A stretch of 64,000 nt of DNA from Anaeromyxobacter sp. GTDB lineage: Bacteria > Myxococcota > Myxococcia > Myxococcales > Anaeromyxobacteraceae. Below the pieces are notes generated by a model. It worked only from the letters and a program-made list of their open reading frames with translations, did no database searches and was not told where the DNA came from. Positions 11,966-22,226 of the stretch are shown here, piece after piece; within the stretch, counting starts at the first letter, position 1, and each line of letters starts with the position of its first letter. The DNA is taken from positions 416,001-480,000 of the forward strand of contig JASGJN010000013.1 of assembly GCA_049840735.1 (NCBI GenBank), in the 5' to 3' direction. Made by a program: the position numbers and the translations under genes.

Positions 11966-13138
11966 ATGCCCGACCTCTCCCGCCCCCTTGGGGATCCCGC
12001 GCCGCGCGACGGCGGGCACAGGGCGCTGTCCCGCGGCCTGGGGATCACCCGCATCGCCCGGCTGACCGGGCTGGACCGGACCGGCGTGGAGGTGGCCTCG
12101 GCGGTCCGCCCGGACGGCCACGTGCTGCAGGTGACCAACGGCAAGGGGTTCAGCTTCGCCGAGGCGGCCCGCGGCGCGGTGATGGAGGCGGCCGAGCTGT
12201 GGGCGGCGGAGCGGTGCCAGCCGGCGCTGGAGGGGTGGTCCGCGGAAGCGCTGCGGCGCAGCGAGGGCGAGGGCGTGCTGGGCCCGGCGGCGCTGGAGCC
12301 GGAGCTGGGCGACGCGCTGGAGGGGCTGCGGCTGGCCTGGTGCGCCGGGCGCGGGCTGCTCGGGCCGGACCGGGCCTGGGTGCCGTTCGACGCGGTGGCC
12401 TGCCCGCCCCCGGGCGCCCCGCTCCGCCCCGCCTTCCTGCGCTGGACCTCCAGCGGCATGGGCGCCCACCCCGATCCCGCCGGGGCCCTCCTCCACGCCC
12501 TCCTGGAGGCCGTGGAGCGCGATCAGCTGGCGCGCGCGCTCCCGGAGGGATTCACCGAAGGTGACGTGGCCCGCCGGCTGCTCGACCCGGCCTCGCTGGC
12601 GGCCGCCGCGCCCGGGGCCGCCGCGCTGGCGGCCTCGCTGGCGGCGCGCGGCCTCAGGGTCCACCTGCTCGACCTCTGCCCCGGCCTGCGCCGGCGCGGC
12701 AGCGACGGCCCGCCGCCGCTCGACCTGGGGCTGCCCGCCGCCGCGGCGGTGCTGTGCGACGCGCCGGGCGGCCCGGTGCCGGTGGCGGCGGGCTACGCCT
12801 GCCGCACCACGCGCGACGGCGCCCTCTGCGCGGCGCTGCTGGAGGCGGCCCAGTCCCGCGCCACCGAGATCCACGGCGCGCGCGAGGACGTGGTGGGCGG
12901 CGACCGCCACGCCGCGGCGCCGCTGGCCTGGCTGCTGGCCGCCGCGCGCCCGCGCCGGGAGGCGGCGCGGCTGCCCACGCTCCGCCCGGCCCGTCCGGCC
13001 GCCCTGGCGCGCGCGGTGCTGGCGGGGCTCTCCCGCGCCGGCCTGGACCGCGCCGTCGCGGTGGACCTGCCGGCGCCGGCCGGCGTGGCGGTGGTGAAGG
13101 TGCTGGTGCCCGGCCTCCTGCTCTCGGAGCTCCTGTGA
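11966..13138 (+). CDS. ycaO: YcaO-like protein (TfuA-associated)
   Basis: [61 protein letters not shown]. Confidence 0.9.
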   Translation: MPDLSRPLGDPAPRDGGHRALSRGLGITRIARLTGLDRTGVEVASAVRPDGHVLQVTNGKGFSFAEAARGAVMEAAELWAAERCQPALEGWSAEALRRSEGEGVLGPAALEPELGDALEGLRLAWCAGRGLLGPDRAWVPFDAVACPPPGAPLRPAFLRWTSSGMGAHPDPAGALLHALLEAVERDQLARALPEGFTEGDVARRLLDPASLAAAAPGAAALAASLAARGLRVHLLDLCPGLRRRGSDGPPPLDLGLPAAAAVLCDAPGGPVPVAAGYACRTTRDGALCAALLEAAQSRATEIHGAREDVVGGDRHAAAPLAWLLAAARPRREAARLPTLRPARPAALARAVLAGLSRAGLDRAVAVDLPAPAGVAVVKVLVPGLLLSELL

Positions 13139-14322
13139 CCCGCGGACGGCTGCGCCCCGGTGACGTGCTCGCCTTCCTCGGCCCCTCGCTGCCGCCTCAC
13201 GAGGCGCGGCGGCTGGGCCCCTGCCGCGTGCTCCCGCCGGCCCGCGCCGGGGACGTGCTGGCGGCGCTGCCGGCCCGCCCGCTGGCCATCGCGCTGGTGG
13301 ACGGGCTCTTCGACACCACGCCCTCGGTCTGGCACCGCGAGCTCTTGGCGGCGCTGGACGCCGGGGTGGCGGTGTTCGGCGGCGGCAGCATGGGGGCGCT
13401 GCGCGCCGCCGAGCTGGAGCGGTTCGGCGTGGTGGGCGTGGGGCGCGTCTTCGGCTGGTACCGCGACGGCGCGGTGGTGGACGACGGCGAGGTGGCGCTG
13501 CTCCACGCCGACGCAGAGGGGGGCTTCCGCCCGCTGACGCTGCCGCTGGTCCAGGTGCGGGCGGCCGCCGAGGCGGCCCGCGCCGCCGGGCGGCTCACCG
13601 CGCGCGGCGCGGCGGAGCTGCTCCGCGCCGCCGCCGCCCTGCCCTACGCGGCCCGCGCCTGGCCGGCGGTGCTGCGGGGCGCCCAGCTGCCGCGCGGCGC
13701 GGGCGAGGGGCTGGAGCCGTTCCTGCGCGCGGTGCCGGACGTGAAGGCGGAGGACGCCCGGAGCTGCCTCGCGGCCGCGCTGGCCTTCGCCCGCGCCCGC
13801 CGCGCCGGCGCGCCGCCGCCGCCGCGCCCACCGGTCCCGCCCGCCTCCACCCACCTGCGCCGCCTGCGGCTGCAGCGCGCCGGGGTGCAGGTGGCGGGCG
13901 AGGCGCTGCCGGCCGGCCAGGTGCTGGCGGCCCTGGGGCGCCGCCCCACCGCCGGGCGCGAGGCGGCCGACGGCCTGCGCCACCTGCTGCTCGCCGCCTG
14001 GGCGCGCGGGCTGGGGCTCAGGCCCGGCGCCGACGAGGTGGCCGGGGCGGAGCGCGCCTGGCTGCGCCGCCTGGGCGTGGGCGCCGCCGGCCGCGAGGCC
14101 TTCCTGTCGGCCTGCGGGCTGGACGAGGGCGCGGCGCGCGCGCTGGCCGAGGACCTGGCGCTGGAGGCGGCGCTGCTGGCGCGCGCGGCGCAGGTGGTGC
14201 CGGACGGCCCGGGATGGGAGGAAGGGCTGGCGCTCTCGGCGCGGCTCTCCGGCGCCTGGGTGGAGGAGGCGGCGCGGCTGGCCACCGCCGGCGTGCGCCG
14301 CCGCACGAGGAGGAAGCGATGA
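13135..14322 (+). CDS. tfuA: TfuA-like protein with C-terminal extension
   Basis: FLGPSL, PPARAGD, LVDGLFDTTPSVWHRELL, GGGSMGALRAAEL, DDGEVALLH, DVKAEDA; GTGA overlap with ycaO. Confidence 0.9.
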   Translation: MTRGRLRPGDVLAFLGPSLPPHEARRLGPCRVLPPARAGDVLAALPARPLAIALVDGLFDTTPSVWHRELLAALDAGVAVFGGGSMGALRAAELERFGVVGVGRVFGWYRDGAVVDDGEVALLHADAEGGFRPLTLPLVQVRAAAEAARAAGRLTARGAAELLRAAAALPYAARAWPAVLRGAQLPRGAGEGLEPFLRAVPDVKAEDARSCLAAALAFARARRAGAPPPPRPPVPPASTHLRRLRLQRAGVQVAGEALPAGQVLAALGRRPTAGREAADGLRHLLLAAWARGLGLRPGADEVAGAERAWLRRLGVGAAGREAFLSACGLDEGAARALAEDLALEAALLARAAQVVPDGPGWEEGLALSARLSGAWVEEAARLATAGVRRRTRRKR

Positions 14323-14696
14323 GCAGGAAGCCGCCGCCCCCGCCCGCCCCGGGCCCGTTCAACGCCGCCTTCGCCAGGCTGCGCGAGCAGCGGCCGGATC
14401 TGCCCGCCCCCGAGGCGCCCGCACCGGCGCCCGCCGGCCCGACGCCGGCCGAGCCCGCCCCTGCCCGCGCCGTGGTCCGCCTGGAGCGGAAGGGGCGCGG
14501 CGGGAAGGAGGCCACCGTGGTGGAGAAGCTGGAGCTGCCCCCGGCGAAGCTCTCGGCCTGGGCCGACGCCCTCAAGCGCTCACTCGGCTGCGGCGGCGGC
14601 GTGGAGGGCGAGGCCCTGGTCGTCCAGGGCGATCAGCGGGATCGGGTCGCGAAGTGGCTGGAACAGCGCGGGGTGCGGAAGGTTGTACGGGGATGA
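14319..14696 (+). CDS. yciH: Translation initiation factor SUI1/YciH
   Basis: RLERKGRGGKEATVV, LKRSLGCGGGVEGEALVVQGDQRDRV; ATGA overlap with tfuA. Confidence 0.9.
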   Translation: MSRKPPPPPAPGPFNAAFARLREQRPDLPAPEAPAPAPAGPTPAEPAPARAVVRLERKGRGGKEATVVEKLELPPAKLSAWADALKRSLGCGGGVEGEALVVQGDQRDRVAKWLEQRGVRKVVRG

Positions 14697-14732
14697 TCCC
14701 CGCCGTGCCCAGGGCGTGACCAGCGGCTCCGC

Positions 14733-16123
<1,391 letters not shown>

Positions 16124-16739
16124 GCGACGGGCCTCGGGCCTCGGGAGGAGCCGTCGGTTCGCCCAGGATCGCCTCGCCGGGCAGGAACGCGGCCTGCGCC
16201 AGGCCGGCCACCCAGAGCACCTCCTCCGGCTCGATCCGGAAGAAGGTGAAGTCGAGCCCGAGCAGCTGGCGGGCCGCCGGGTGCCAGGCCAGGTAGCGCT
16301 CGCGCGCGGTGGGCTGCTCGGCCTCGGCCAGCTGCACCGCCTTGCCCACTACAGATCAGCCGCGGCGCGGTGCGCGGGTCCCGGCCCACCGCGGCGTGAT
16401 CGGCCACCAGCAGCGAGACGCGCGCGTCGGCGTGGACGTTGCGGGTGTGCTGGGCCAACGCCGAGAGGAGCAGCACCGGCCGGCCGTCCGGCAGCAGCGC
16501 GTAGGGGGCCAGCGAGCCGAAGGGCGCGCCGCCGTGGCGGACCGAGAGCGTGGAGAGCACGCCGGCCCGCTCGCGCTCGAGCAGCGCGCGGGCCGCGCTC
16601 GCCACCGCCGGCTGGACTGCCGCCATCTGACCTCCTCCTTGGTCGCGCGGCGCGAGAGGCCGGACGACCACCTTTCCGTACCGTAGCTCACCGGGCGCGG
16701 CTCGTCCCAGCCGAGCCCTCCGTCGAGGGCCCGGGCCGG

Positions 16740-17339
16740 CTACAGCACCACCAGCCCCAGCCGCGCGGCGCGGACGATGGCCTCGGCCCGCGAGTCCACC
16801 CCCAGCTTGGCCAGGATGGCGTTCACGTGGAACTTGGCGGTGTGCTGGGAGATGCCGAGCCGCGCCGCGATGACCTTGTTGGCCAGCCCCTCCGCGAGGA
16901 GCGCCAGCACCTCGCGCTCGCGCGGGGTGAGCGGCTCGGCGGCGCCGGCCTCCGGCGGGCGCAGGAAGGGATCGGTCAGCGCCGGGTCGAGCGCCCGCAG
17001 CCCGGCCACCGCCGCCCTCAAGGCCGCCGAGAGCGCCTCCGGCGCCGCGCCGCGCCCGAGCACGCCGCGCGCCCCCGCCCGCAGCGCCGCGCCTGCCGCC
17101 GCCTCGTCGGCGGCCAGCGCCACCACCGGCGCGCCGGCCGGGAGCGACGCCGGCCCCGCCGCGCCGGGCCCCAGGTCCCACAGCACCGCGTCCGGCGCGC
17201 GCGCCGCCGCCACCCGCGCCGCCTCGGCCGGCCCGGCCTCGCCGGCCAGCGCCAGCTCCGGCCGCGCCGCCACGCGCGCGGCCAGCCCCGCGCGCGCCAG
17301 CGGATCGGGAGAGACCACCAGGATGCCGAGCGGCGTCAT
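16740..17339 (-). CDS. NarL/LuxR-family response regulator
   Basis: PDAVLWD receiver-like segment; [36 protein letters not shown]. Confidence 0.9.
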   Translation of the reverse strand: MTPLGILVVSPDPLARAGLAARVAARPELALAGEAGPAEAARVAAARAPDAVLWDLGPGAAGPASLPAGAPVVALAADEAAAGAALRAGARGVLGRGAAPEALSAALRAAVAGLRALDPALTDPFLRPPEAGAAEPLTPREREVLALLAEGLANKVIAARLGISQHTAKFHVNAILAKLGVDSRAEAIVRAARLGLVVL

Positions 17340-17417
17340 CTGGCCTCACCTAACGCCGCCGGCGGCCGCGCGCCCCCGCCCCTTGCCCACCCCCGGCGGA
17401 CGCGGTACTCGGACAGG

Positions 17418-18623
17418 ATGGTGAACACCACGCCCGGCCTGCTGGCCCTGCAGGTCCGCCCCGGCAACCCGGACTTCCTCGACCTGCCCTGGACGCGGCC
17501 GCTGGCCCAGTGGCGGGAGGCCTGCAACCGGGTGGTGGACGTGCCGCGCGGCATCTCGCGCCACGAGGTGGTCTTCGTCCAGTACCAGCGGCTGCTCTAC
17601 GCGGTGAAGGAGCTGCCGGTGCGGGTGGGCGAGCGCGAGTACGACGCGCTCCGCTGGCTGGAGGAGCGCGACCTGCCGGCGGTGGTGGCGGCCGGCCACG
17701 CCAAGGTGAAGAACGAGGAGGGCGACGAGGGGTCGGTGCTGATCACCCGCTTCCTCGAGTCCTCCCTGCCCTACCGCCAGCTCTTCCAGAGCCCCGGCCT
17801 GGAGCGCTACCGCGAGCGGCTGCTGGACGCCGTGGCCGAGCTGATGGTCCGCCTCCACCTGGCCGGCTTCCACTGGGGCGACTACTCGCTCTCCAACTGC
17901 CTGTTCCGCCGCGACGCCGGGCAGCTGCGCGCCTACCTGGTGGACGCCGAGACCTCGGAGATGCACGAGACGCTCTCCGACGGCCAGCGCCGCCTGGACC
18001 TGGACATCATGGAGGAGAACGTGGCCGGCGAGCTGGCCGACCTCTCCATGGTGGTGCAGCTGCCGCCGGCGCTGGACGTGTTCGAACCGGCCCGCAGAAT
18101 CCGCCAGCGCTACCAGCGGCTCTGGGAGGAGGTCACGCGCGAGGAGATCCTCTCCCCGGCCGAGAACTGGCGCATCCACGAGCGGATCCGGGCCCTCAAC
18201 GCGCTCGGCTTCTCGGTGGGCGAGGTGGAGCTGGAGACGGTGGGCGACGGCAGCAAGCTCAAGATGCGGACGCTGGTCACCGACCGCGACTACCACCGCC
18301 ACATGCTGCAGAACCTGACCGGCGTGGTGGCGGAGGAGCGGCAGGCCGGCCTCATGCTCAACGAGATCCACGAGCTGCGCGCCACCATGGTCCGCTCCAG
18401 CCAGCGCAGCGTGCCGCTCTCGGTGGCCGCCTACCACTGGCTGACCGAGCGCTACGAGCCCACCCTGCAGCAGCTCCAGCCGCAGGTGAGCCGCGCCACC
18501 GAGCCGCCCGAGCTCTACTGCCAGCTGCTCGAGCACAAGTGGCTCCTGTCCGAGAAGATGAACCGGGACGTCGGCTTCGTCTACGCCATCGAGGACTACG
18601 TGAAGAAGTTCAAGGCGGCGTGA
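17418..18623 (+). CDS. Kdo/WaaP-like kinase-fold protein with DUF4032 domain
   Basis: FLDLPW, RGISRHEVVFV, AVKE, GFHWGDYSLSNCLFRRDAG..YLVDAETSE, LLEHKWLLSE. Confidence 0.8.
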   Translation: MVNTTPGLLALQVRPGNPDFLDLPWTRPLAQWREACNRVVDVPRGISRHEVVFVQYQRLLYAVKELPVRVGEREYDALRWLEERDLPAVVAAGHAKVKNEEGDEGSVLITRFLESSLPYRQLFQSPGLERYRERLLDAVAELMVRLHLAGFHWGDYSLSNCLFRRDAGQLRAYLVDAETSEMHETLSDGQRRLDLDIMEENVAGELADLSMVVQLPPALDVFEPARRIRQRYQRLWEEVTREEILSPAENWRIHERIRALNALGFSVGEVELETVGDGSKLKMRTLVTDRDYHRHMLQNLTGVVAEERQAGLMLNEIHELRATMVRSSQRSVPLSVAAYHWLTERYEPTLQQLQPQVSRATEPPELYCQLLEHKWLLSEKMNRDVGFVYAIEDYVKKFKAA

Positions 18624-19788
18624 GCGTCGGCGCGAGCGCGCGCGCCTGGGGGCGCGGCGCCCAGCGGTCCTTGAGCGCCAGGAGCGGCGCCTCGAAGCAG
18701 CGCCAGCTCACCCAGGCCAGCGCCACGCTGGCCCCGGCGCCGGCCAGCGCGTAGGCCAGGTAGCCGGCCCGCGTCTCCAGCAGCGCGGCGGTGGCGGGGT
18801 GGGCCCGCAGCGCCCGCAGCGCCCCCACGTGCAGCGGGTAGTGGAGCACGTAGACCCCGTAGCTCACGCGCCCCAGGGAGCGGAGCGGCGCGGCGCGGAG
18901 CAGCCGGTCCAGGCCGCTGCCGGTGCCATCGGCGCAGAGCGCCCCGGCCACCAGCCCGGCGAAGGCCACCGCCAGGAAGCTGTGGCTCCGAATCTCCAGC
19001 GCCGGCCGGTGCATGTCCAGGCCGGCCGGCAGCCCCAGGGCCAGGAACCCGGCCGCTCCCAGCGCCGCCAGCCAGGGCCAGGCGCGCGGCGCCGCGGCCC
19101 GCCCGGCCGGCGTGCGCAGCGCCAGCGCCAGCAGCGCCCCCAGCGCCAGCGTGTCGAGCCGCCCCGGGGTGACGCGGAAGGCGCTCCCCGCCGGCCAGCC
19201 GGAGGCGAGCACGATCACCGCCCGCACCGCCGGCCCGGCCAGGAAGAGGGCCGCGGCCACCGCCAGGAGCCGCCGCCCGGGCGCCGCCCGGACCACCAGC
19301 GGCCAGCACAGGTAGAACTGCTCCTCCACGCCCAGCGACCAGAGGTGCGAGAGCGCCGGGATCACCTGCTGGGCCGGGAAGGCCCAGTTCCCCAGGTAGC
19401 TCCAGTACCAGCCCCCCCAGCGGCCGAAGGTCCACGGGTCGATGAGCCCCAGCGCCGGGCCGGCCAGGCCGAAGACGGCCAGCGCCAGGTAGTAGAGCGG
19501 GAAGATCCGCAGCGCGCGGCGGACCAGGAAGGACCACCACCAGCCCGGCTGCCCCACCGTGTCCACCAGGATGCCGGTGATGAGGAAGCCGGAGAGCACG
19601 AAGAACAGGTCCACCCCGGCCCAGCCCAGCCCCAGCGCCGCCACCGCGGCGCGGTCGAGCGCGGTGGCGCCCGGCCAGGCGTTCAGGAAGTGGCAGGCCA
19701 GCACCCCGGCGATGGCCAGGCCGCGCACGCCGTCGAGGGCGGGCACGTTGCGGCGCAGCGCTGGCTCGAGGCGGTCTCCGGCGGGCAC
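18610..19788 (-). CDS. Acyltransferase family 3 (OafA-like)
   Basis: PALDGVRGLA, GVDLFFVLSGFLIT, RRALRIFPLYY, HLWSLGVEEQFY, GRVSYGVYVLH. Confidence 0.9.
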   Translation of the reverse strand: MPAGDRLEPALRRNVPALDGVRGLAIAGVLACHFLNAWPGATALDRAAVAALGLGWAGVDLFFVLSGFLITGILVDTVGQPGWWWSFLVRRALRIFPLYYLALAVFGLAGPALGLIDPWTFGRWGGWYWSYLGNWAFPAQQVIPALSHLWSLGVEEQFYLCWPLVVRAAPGRRLLAVAAALFLAGPAVRAVIVLASGWPAGSAFRVTPGRLDTLALGALLALALRTPAGRAAAPRAWPWLAALGAAGFLALGLPAGLDMHRPALEIRSHSFLAVAFAGLVAGALCADGTGSGLDRLLRAAPLRSLGRVSYGVYVLHYPLHVGALRALRAHPATAALLETRAGYLAYALAGAGASVALAWVSWRCFEAPLLALKDRWAPRPQARALAPTLTPP

Positions 19789-19829
19789 GGGGCGGCAGGG
19801 TAGACCATCGCGCCGCCGCGCGCCGCCTC

Positions 19830-20222
19830 TCAGCGCCCGCCGGACGGGAACGGGATGGTGGTGACCCAGACCGTGGTGCCGGGCGGCGGGGCGGTGGCGG
19901 GCCGCGCCGAGCCGCGCGACATGGCGTCGACAAGCTCGGCGCGCTGCGCCTCGGAGAGCGGCGGCGAGAGCACCTCCAGCAGCTGGATGCCGCCCTCCGG
20001 CGTCTGCTGGACCCGGACCGCCACCTCCTGGATGGCGGCCATGGGCAGGCGATCCTGCGGCGTCCCCAGGCCGGAGGGATCGCGCTCCGGCACCGCGGCC
20101 TCGGTGCGGGACAGCTCCCTGCGCGGCGCGGAGCCCCCTCCGCAGCCGGCGGCGAGGAGGACGGCGCACAGCGGCAGCCCGACCAGCACGACCAGCTCGA
20201 CCCGGGGGGAGGCGGCGATCAT
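19830..20222 (-). CDS. Hypothetical lipoprotein
   Basis: LLAAGC lipobox after a hydrophobic stretch; TACGAT 6 nt upstream of ATG. Confidence 0.55.
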   Translation of the reverse strand: MIAASPRVELVVLVGLPLCAVLLAAGCGGGSAPRRELSRTEAAVPERDPSGLGTPQDRLPMAAIQEVAVRVQQTPEGGIQLLEVLSPPLSEAQRAELVDAMSRGSARPATAPPPGTTVWVTTIPFPSGGR

Positions 20223-20349
20223 GGCCGGATCGTACGCCCGTCCCGGGGCTCCCCTGCGCGGATTGACGGGTCGCCCTGCCCATCCGGCCAGGTCGCCCCT
20301 GTCCGCCCCGCCGATGTGGGCGCGCCCGGCGGCCCCTACCCTCCGACGC

Positions 20350-21258
20350 ATGGAGACGAACCCCCTGCAGCAGCTCTCCGCCGGCCTGGCCGGCCTGGTG
20401 TCCAGCGGCGCGGCGCACGTGGTCCGGGTGGAGGCGGGCCGGCGCCAGGCCGCCTCGGGCGTGATCTGGTCGGGCGACGGCGTGGTGGTGACGGCGCACC
20501 ACGGGCTGGCGCGCGACGAGGCGCTGGTGGGGCTGCCCTCCGGCGAGGAGGTGGAGGCGGAGGTGGTGGGGCGCGATCCCTCGACCGACCTGGCGGCGCT
20601 CCGGGTGAAGGCGAGCGGCCTCACGCCCGCCCCCTGGGCCGACGAGGCGCAGGTGGCGCCCGGGCAGCTGGCCATCGGCCTCTCGCGGCCGGGGAAGAGC
20701 CCGCGCGCCGGGCTGGGGCTGGTGGCGCGCGCCGCCGGCGAGTTCCGGGCCGCGCGCGGCGGGCGCATCGACCGGTTCCTGGAGACCACGCTCGACCTGC
20801 AGCCCGGGGTCTCGGGGGGCCTGGTGCTGGGCGCGGACGGCCTGGCGCTGGGGCTGGCCACGGCCGGCCTGGTGCGCGGCGTGGTGATGGCGGTGCCTCC
20901 GTCGACGCTGCGACGCGTGGTGAAGTCGCTGCTGGCCCACGGCGAGGTCCGGCGCGGCTACCTGGGGATCGCCACGCACCCGGTGCCGCTGCCGCCCGAC
21001 CTGCGGGCCCGCACCGGGGAGGAGCTGGCGCTGCTGGTCTCGCACGTGGACCCGGCCGGCCCGGCGGCGCGAGCCGGCCTGGCGCTGGGCGACGCGCTTC
21101 TCTCGGTGGGCGGCGAGGCGCTGCAGGATCCGGGGGAGCTGTTCGCGCTGCTGGCGGAGGAGCGGATCGGCGAGGTGGTCACGCTGCGGCTCCTGCGGGC
21201 CGGGCAGGTGCTGGACGTGCAGGTGACGGTGGGCGTGCGCGAGGGGAGGCGGGGGTGA
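20350..21258 (+). CDS. HtrA/S1C-like serine protease with PDZ domain (copy 1)
   Basis: VTAHH, GRDPSTDLA, PGVSGG, RGYLGI PDZ. Confidence 0.85.
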   Translation: METNPLQQLSAGLAGLVSSGAAHVVRVEAGRRQAASGVIWSGDGVVVTAHHGLARDEALVGLPSGEEVEAEVVGRDPSTDLAALRVKASGLTPAPWADEAQVAPGQLAIGLSRPGKSPRAGLGLVARAAGEFRAARGGRIDRFLETTLDLQPGVSGGLVLGADGLALGLATAGLVRGVVMAVPPSTLRRVVKSLLAHGEVRRGYLGIATHPVPLPPDLRARTGEELALLVSHVDPAGPAARAGLALGDALLSVGGEALQDPGELFALLAEERIGEVVTLRLLRAGQVLDVQVTVGVREGRRG

Positions 21259-22163
21259 GCGCGCTGGAGCGGTACTCGGAGGACGTGGCCGACCTGGTGG
21301 CGCGCGCGGCGCCGGCGGTGGTGGGGGTGGAGCACCGGCGCGGACAGGGCTCGGGGCTGGTGCTGGCCGGCGACGGCTGGGTGCTCACCAACGCCCACGT
21401 GGCGGCCGGCGCCGGCGCCGACGGGGCGCTGCGGGTCCGGCTCTCCGGCGCGCGGGTGGTGCGGGCCGAGCTGGTGGGGCGGGACGAGCGGACCGACCTG
21501 GCGGTGCTGCGGGTGGAGGCGCGCGACCTGCCGGTGCTGGCGCTCTCCGAGCGGCGGCTGCGGGTGGGCGAGGCGGTGGTGGCCATCGGCAACCCGCTCG
21601 GCTTCGAGCGGTCGGTGACGGTGGGCGTGGTCTCGGCGCTCTACCGCAACCTGCCGGCGCAGGGGAGCCTGCTGGAGGGGCTGGTGCAGACGGACGCCTC
21701 CATCAACCCGGGCAACTCCGGCGGCCCGCTGCTCGACGCGCGGGGCGAGGTGGTGGGGCTCACCACCGCCATGCTCCCCTGGGCGCGCGGCATCGGCTTC
21801 GCCGTGCCGGCCCACACCGCCAGCTGGGTGGCCTCGGTGCTGATCCGCGAGGGCGAGGTGCGCCGGCCGTTCCTGGGCATCGCCGCGCGCGGCGAGGAGC
21901 TGGACGCGGCCGCGGCGCGGGAGGCGGGCCAGGCCCGCGGCGTGCGCGTGCTGGAGGTGGTGGAGGGCTCGCCGGCCCGCGCCGCCGGGCTTGCCACCGG
22001 CGACCTGCTCTTCGGCGCCAACGGCAGCCCGGTGCAGACGCTGGACGACCTGCAGCGGGTCATGGTGCTGGCGCCGCCCTCCGAGATCGCGCTCGACGTG
22101 CTGCGGGGCGGCGTGCGCCGGCCGCTGGCGATCCGGCCGCGCGCCGGGCGCGCCGCCGCCTGA
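21255..22163 (+). CDS. HtrA/S1C serine protease with PDZ domain (copy 2)
   Basis: LTNAHV, TDLAVL, QTDASINPGNSGGPL, RPFLGI; GTGA overlap. Confidence 0.92.
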   Translation: MSALERYSEDVADLVARAAPAVVGVEHRRGQGSGLVLAGDGWVLTNAHVAAGAGADGALRVRLSGARVVRAELVGRDERTDLAVLRVEARDLPVLALSERRLRVGEAVVAIGNPLGFERSVTVGVVSALYRNLPAQGSLLEGLVQTDASINPGNSGGPLLDARGEVVGLTTAMLPWARGIGFAVPAHTASWVASVLIREGEVRRPFLGIAARGEELDAAAAREAGQARGVRVLEVVEGSPARAAGLATGDLLFGANGSPVQTLDDLQRVMVLAPPSEIALDVLRGGVRRPLAIRPRAGRAAA

Positions 22164-22226
22164 CGGGGCGGGGCGCCGGCGCGGCCGGGAGCATGGCGAT
22201 CCAGACCAGGAACCCCACCGGCCACC

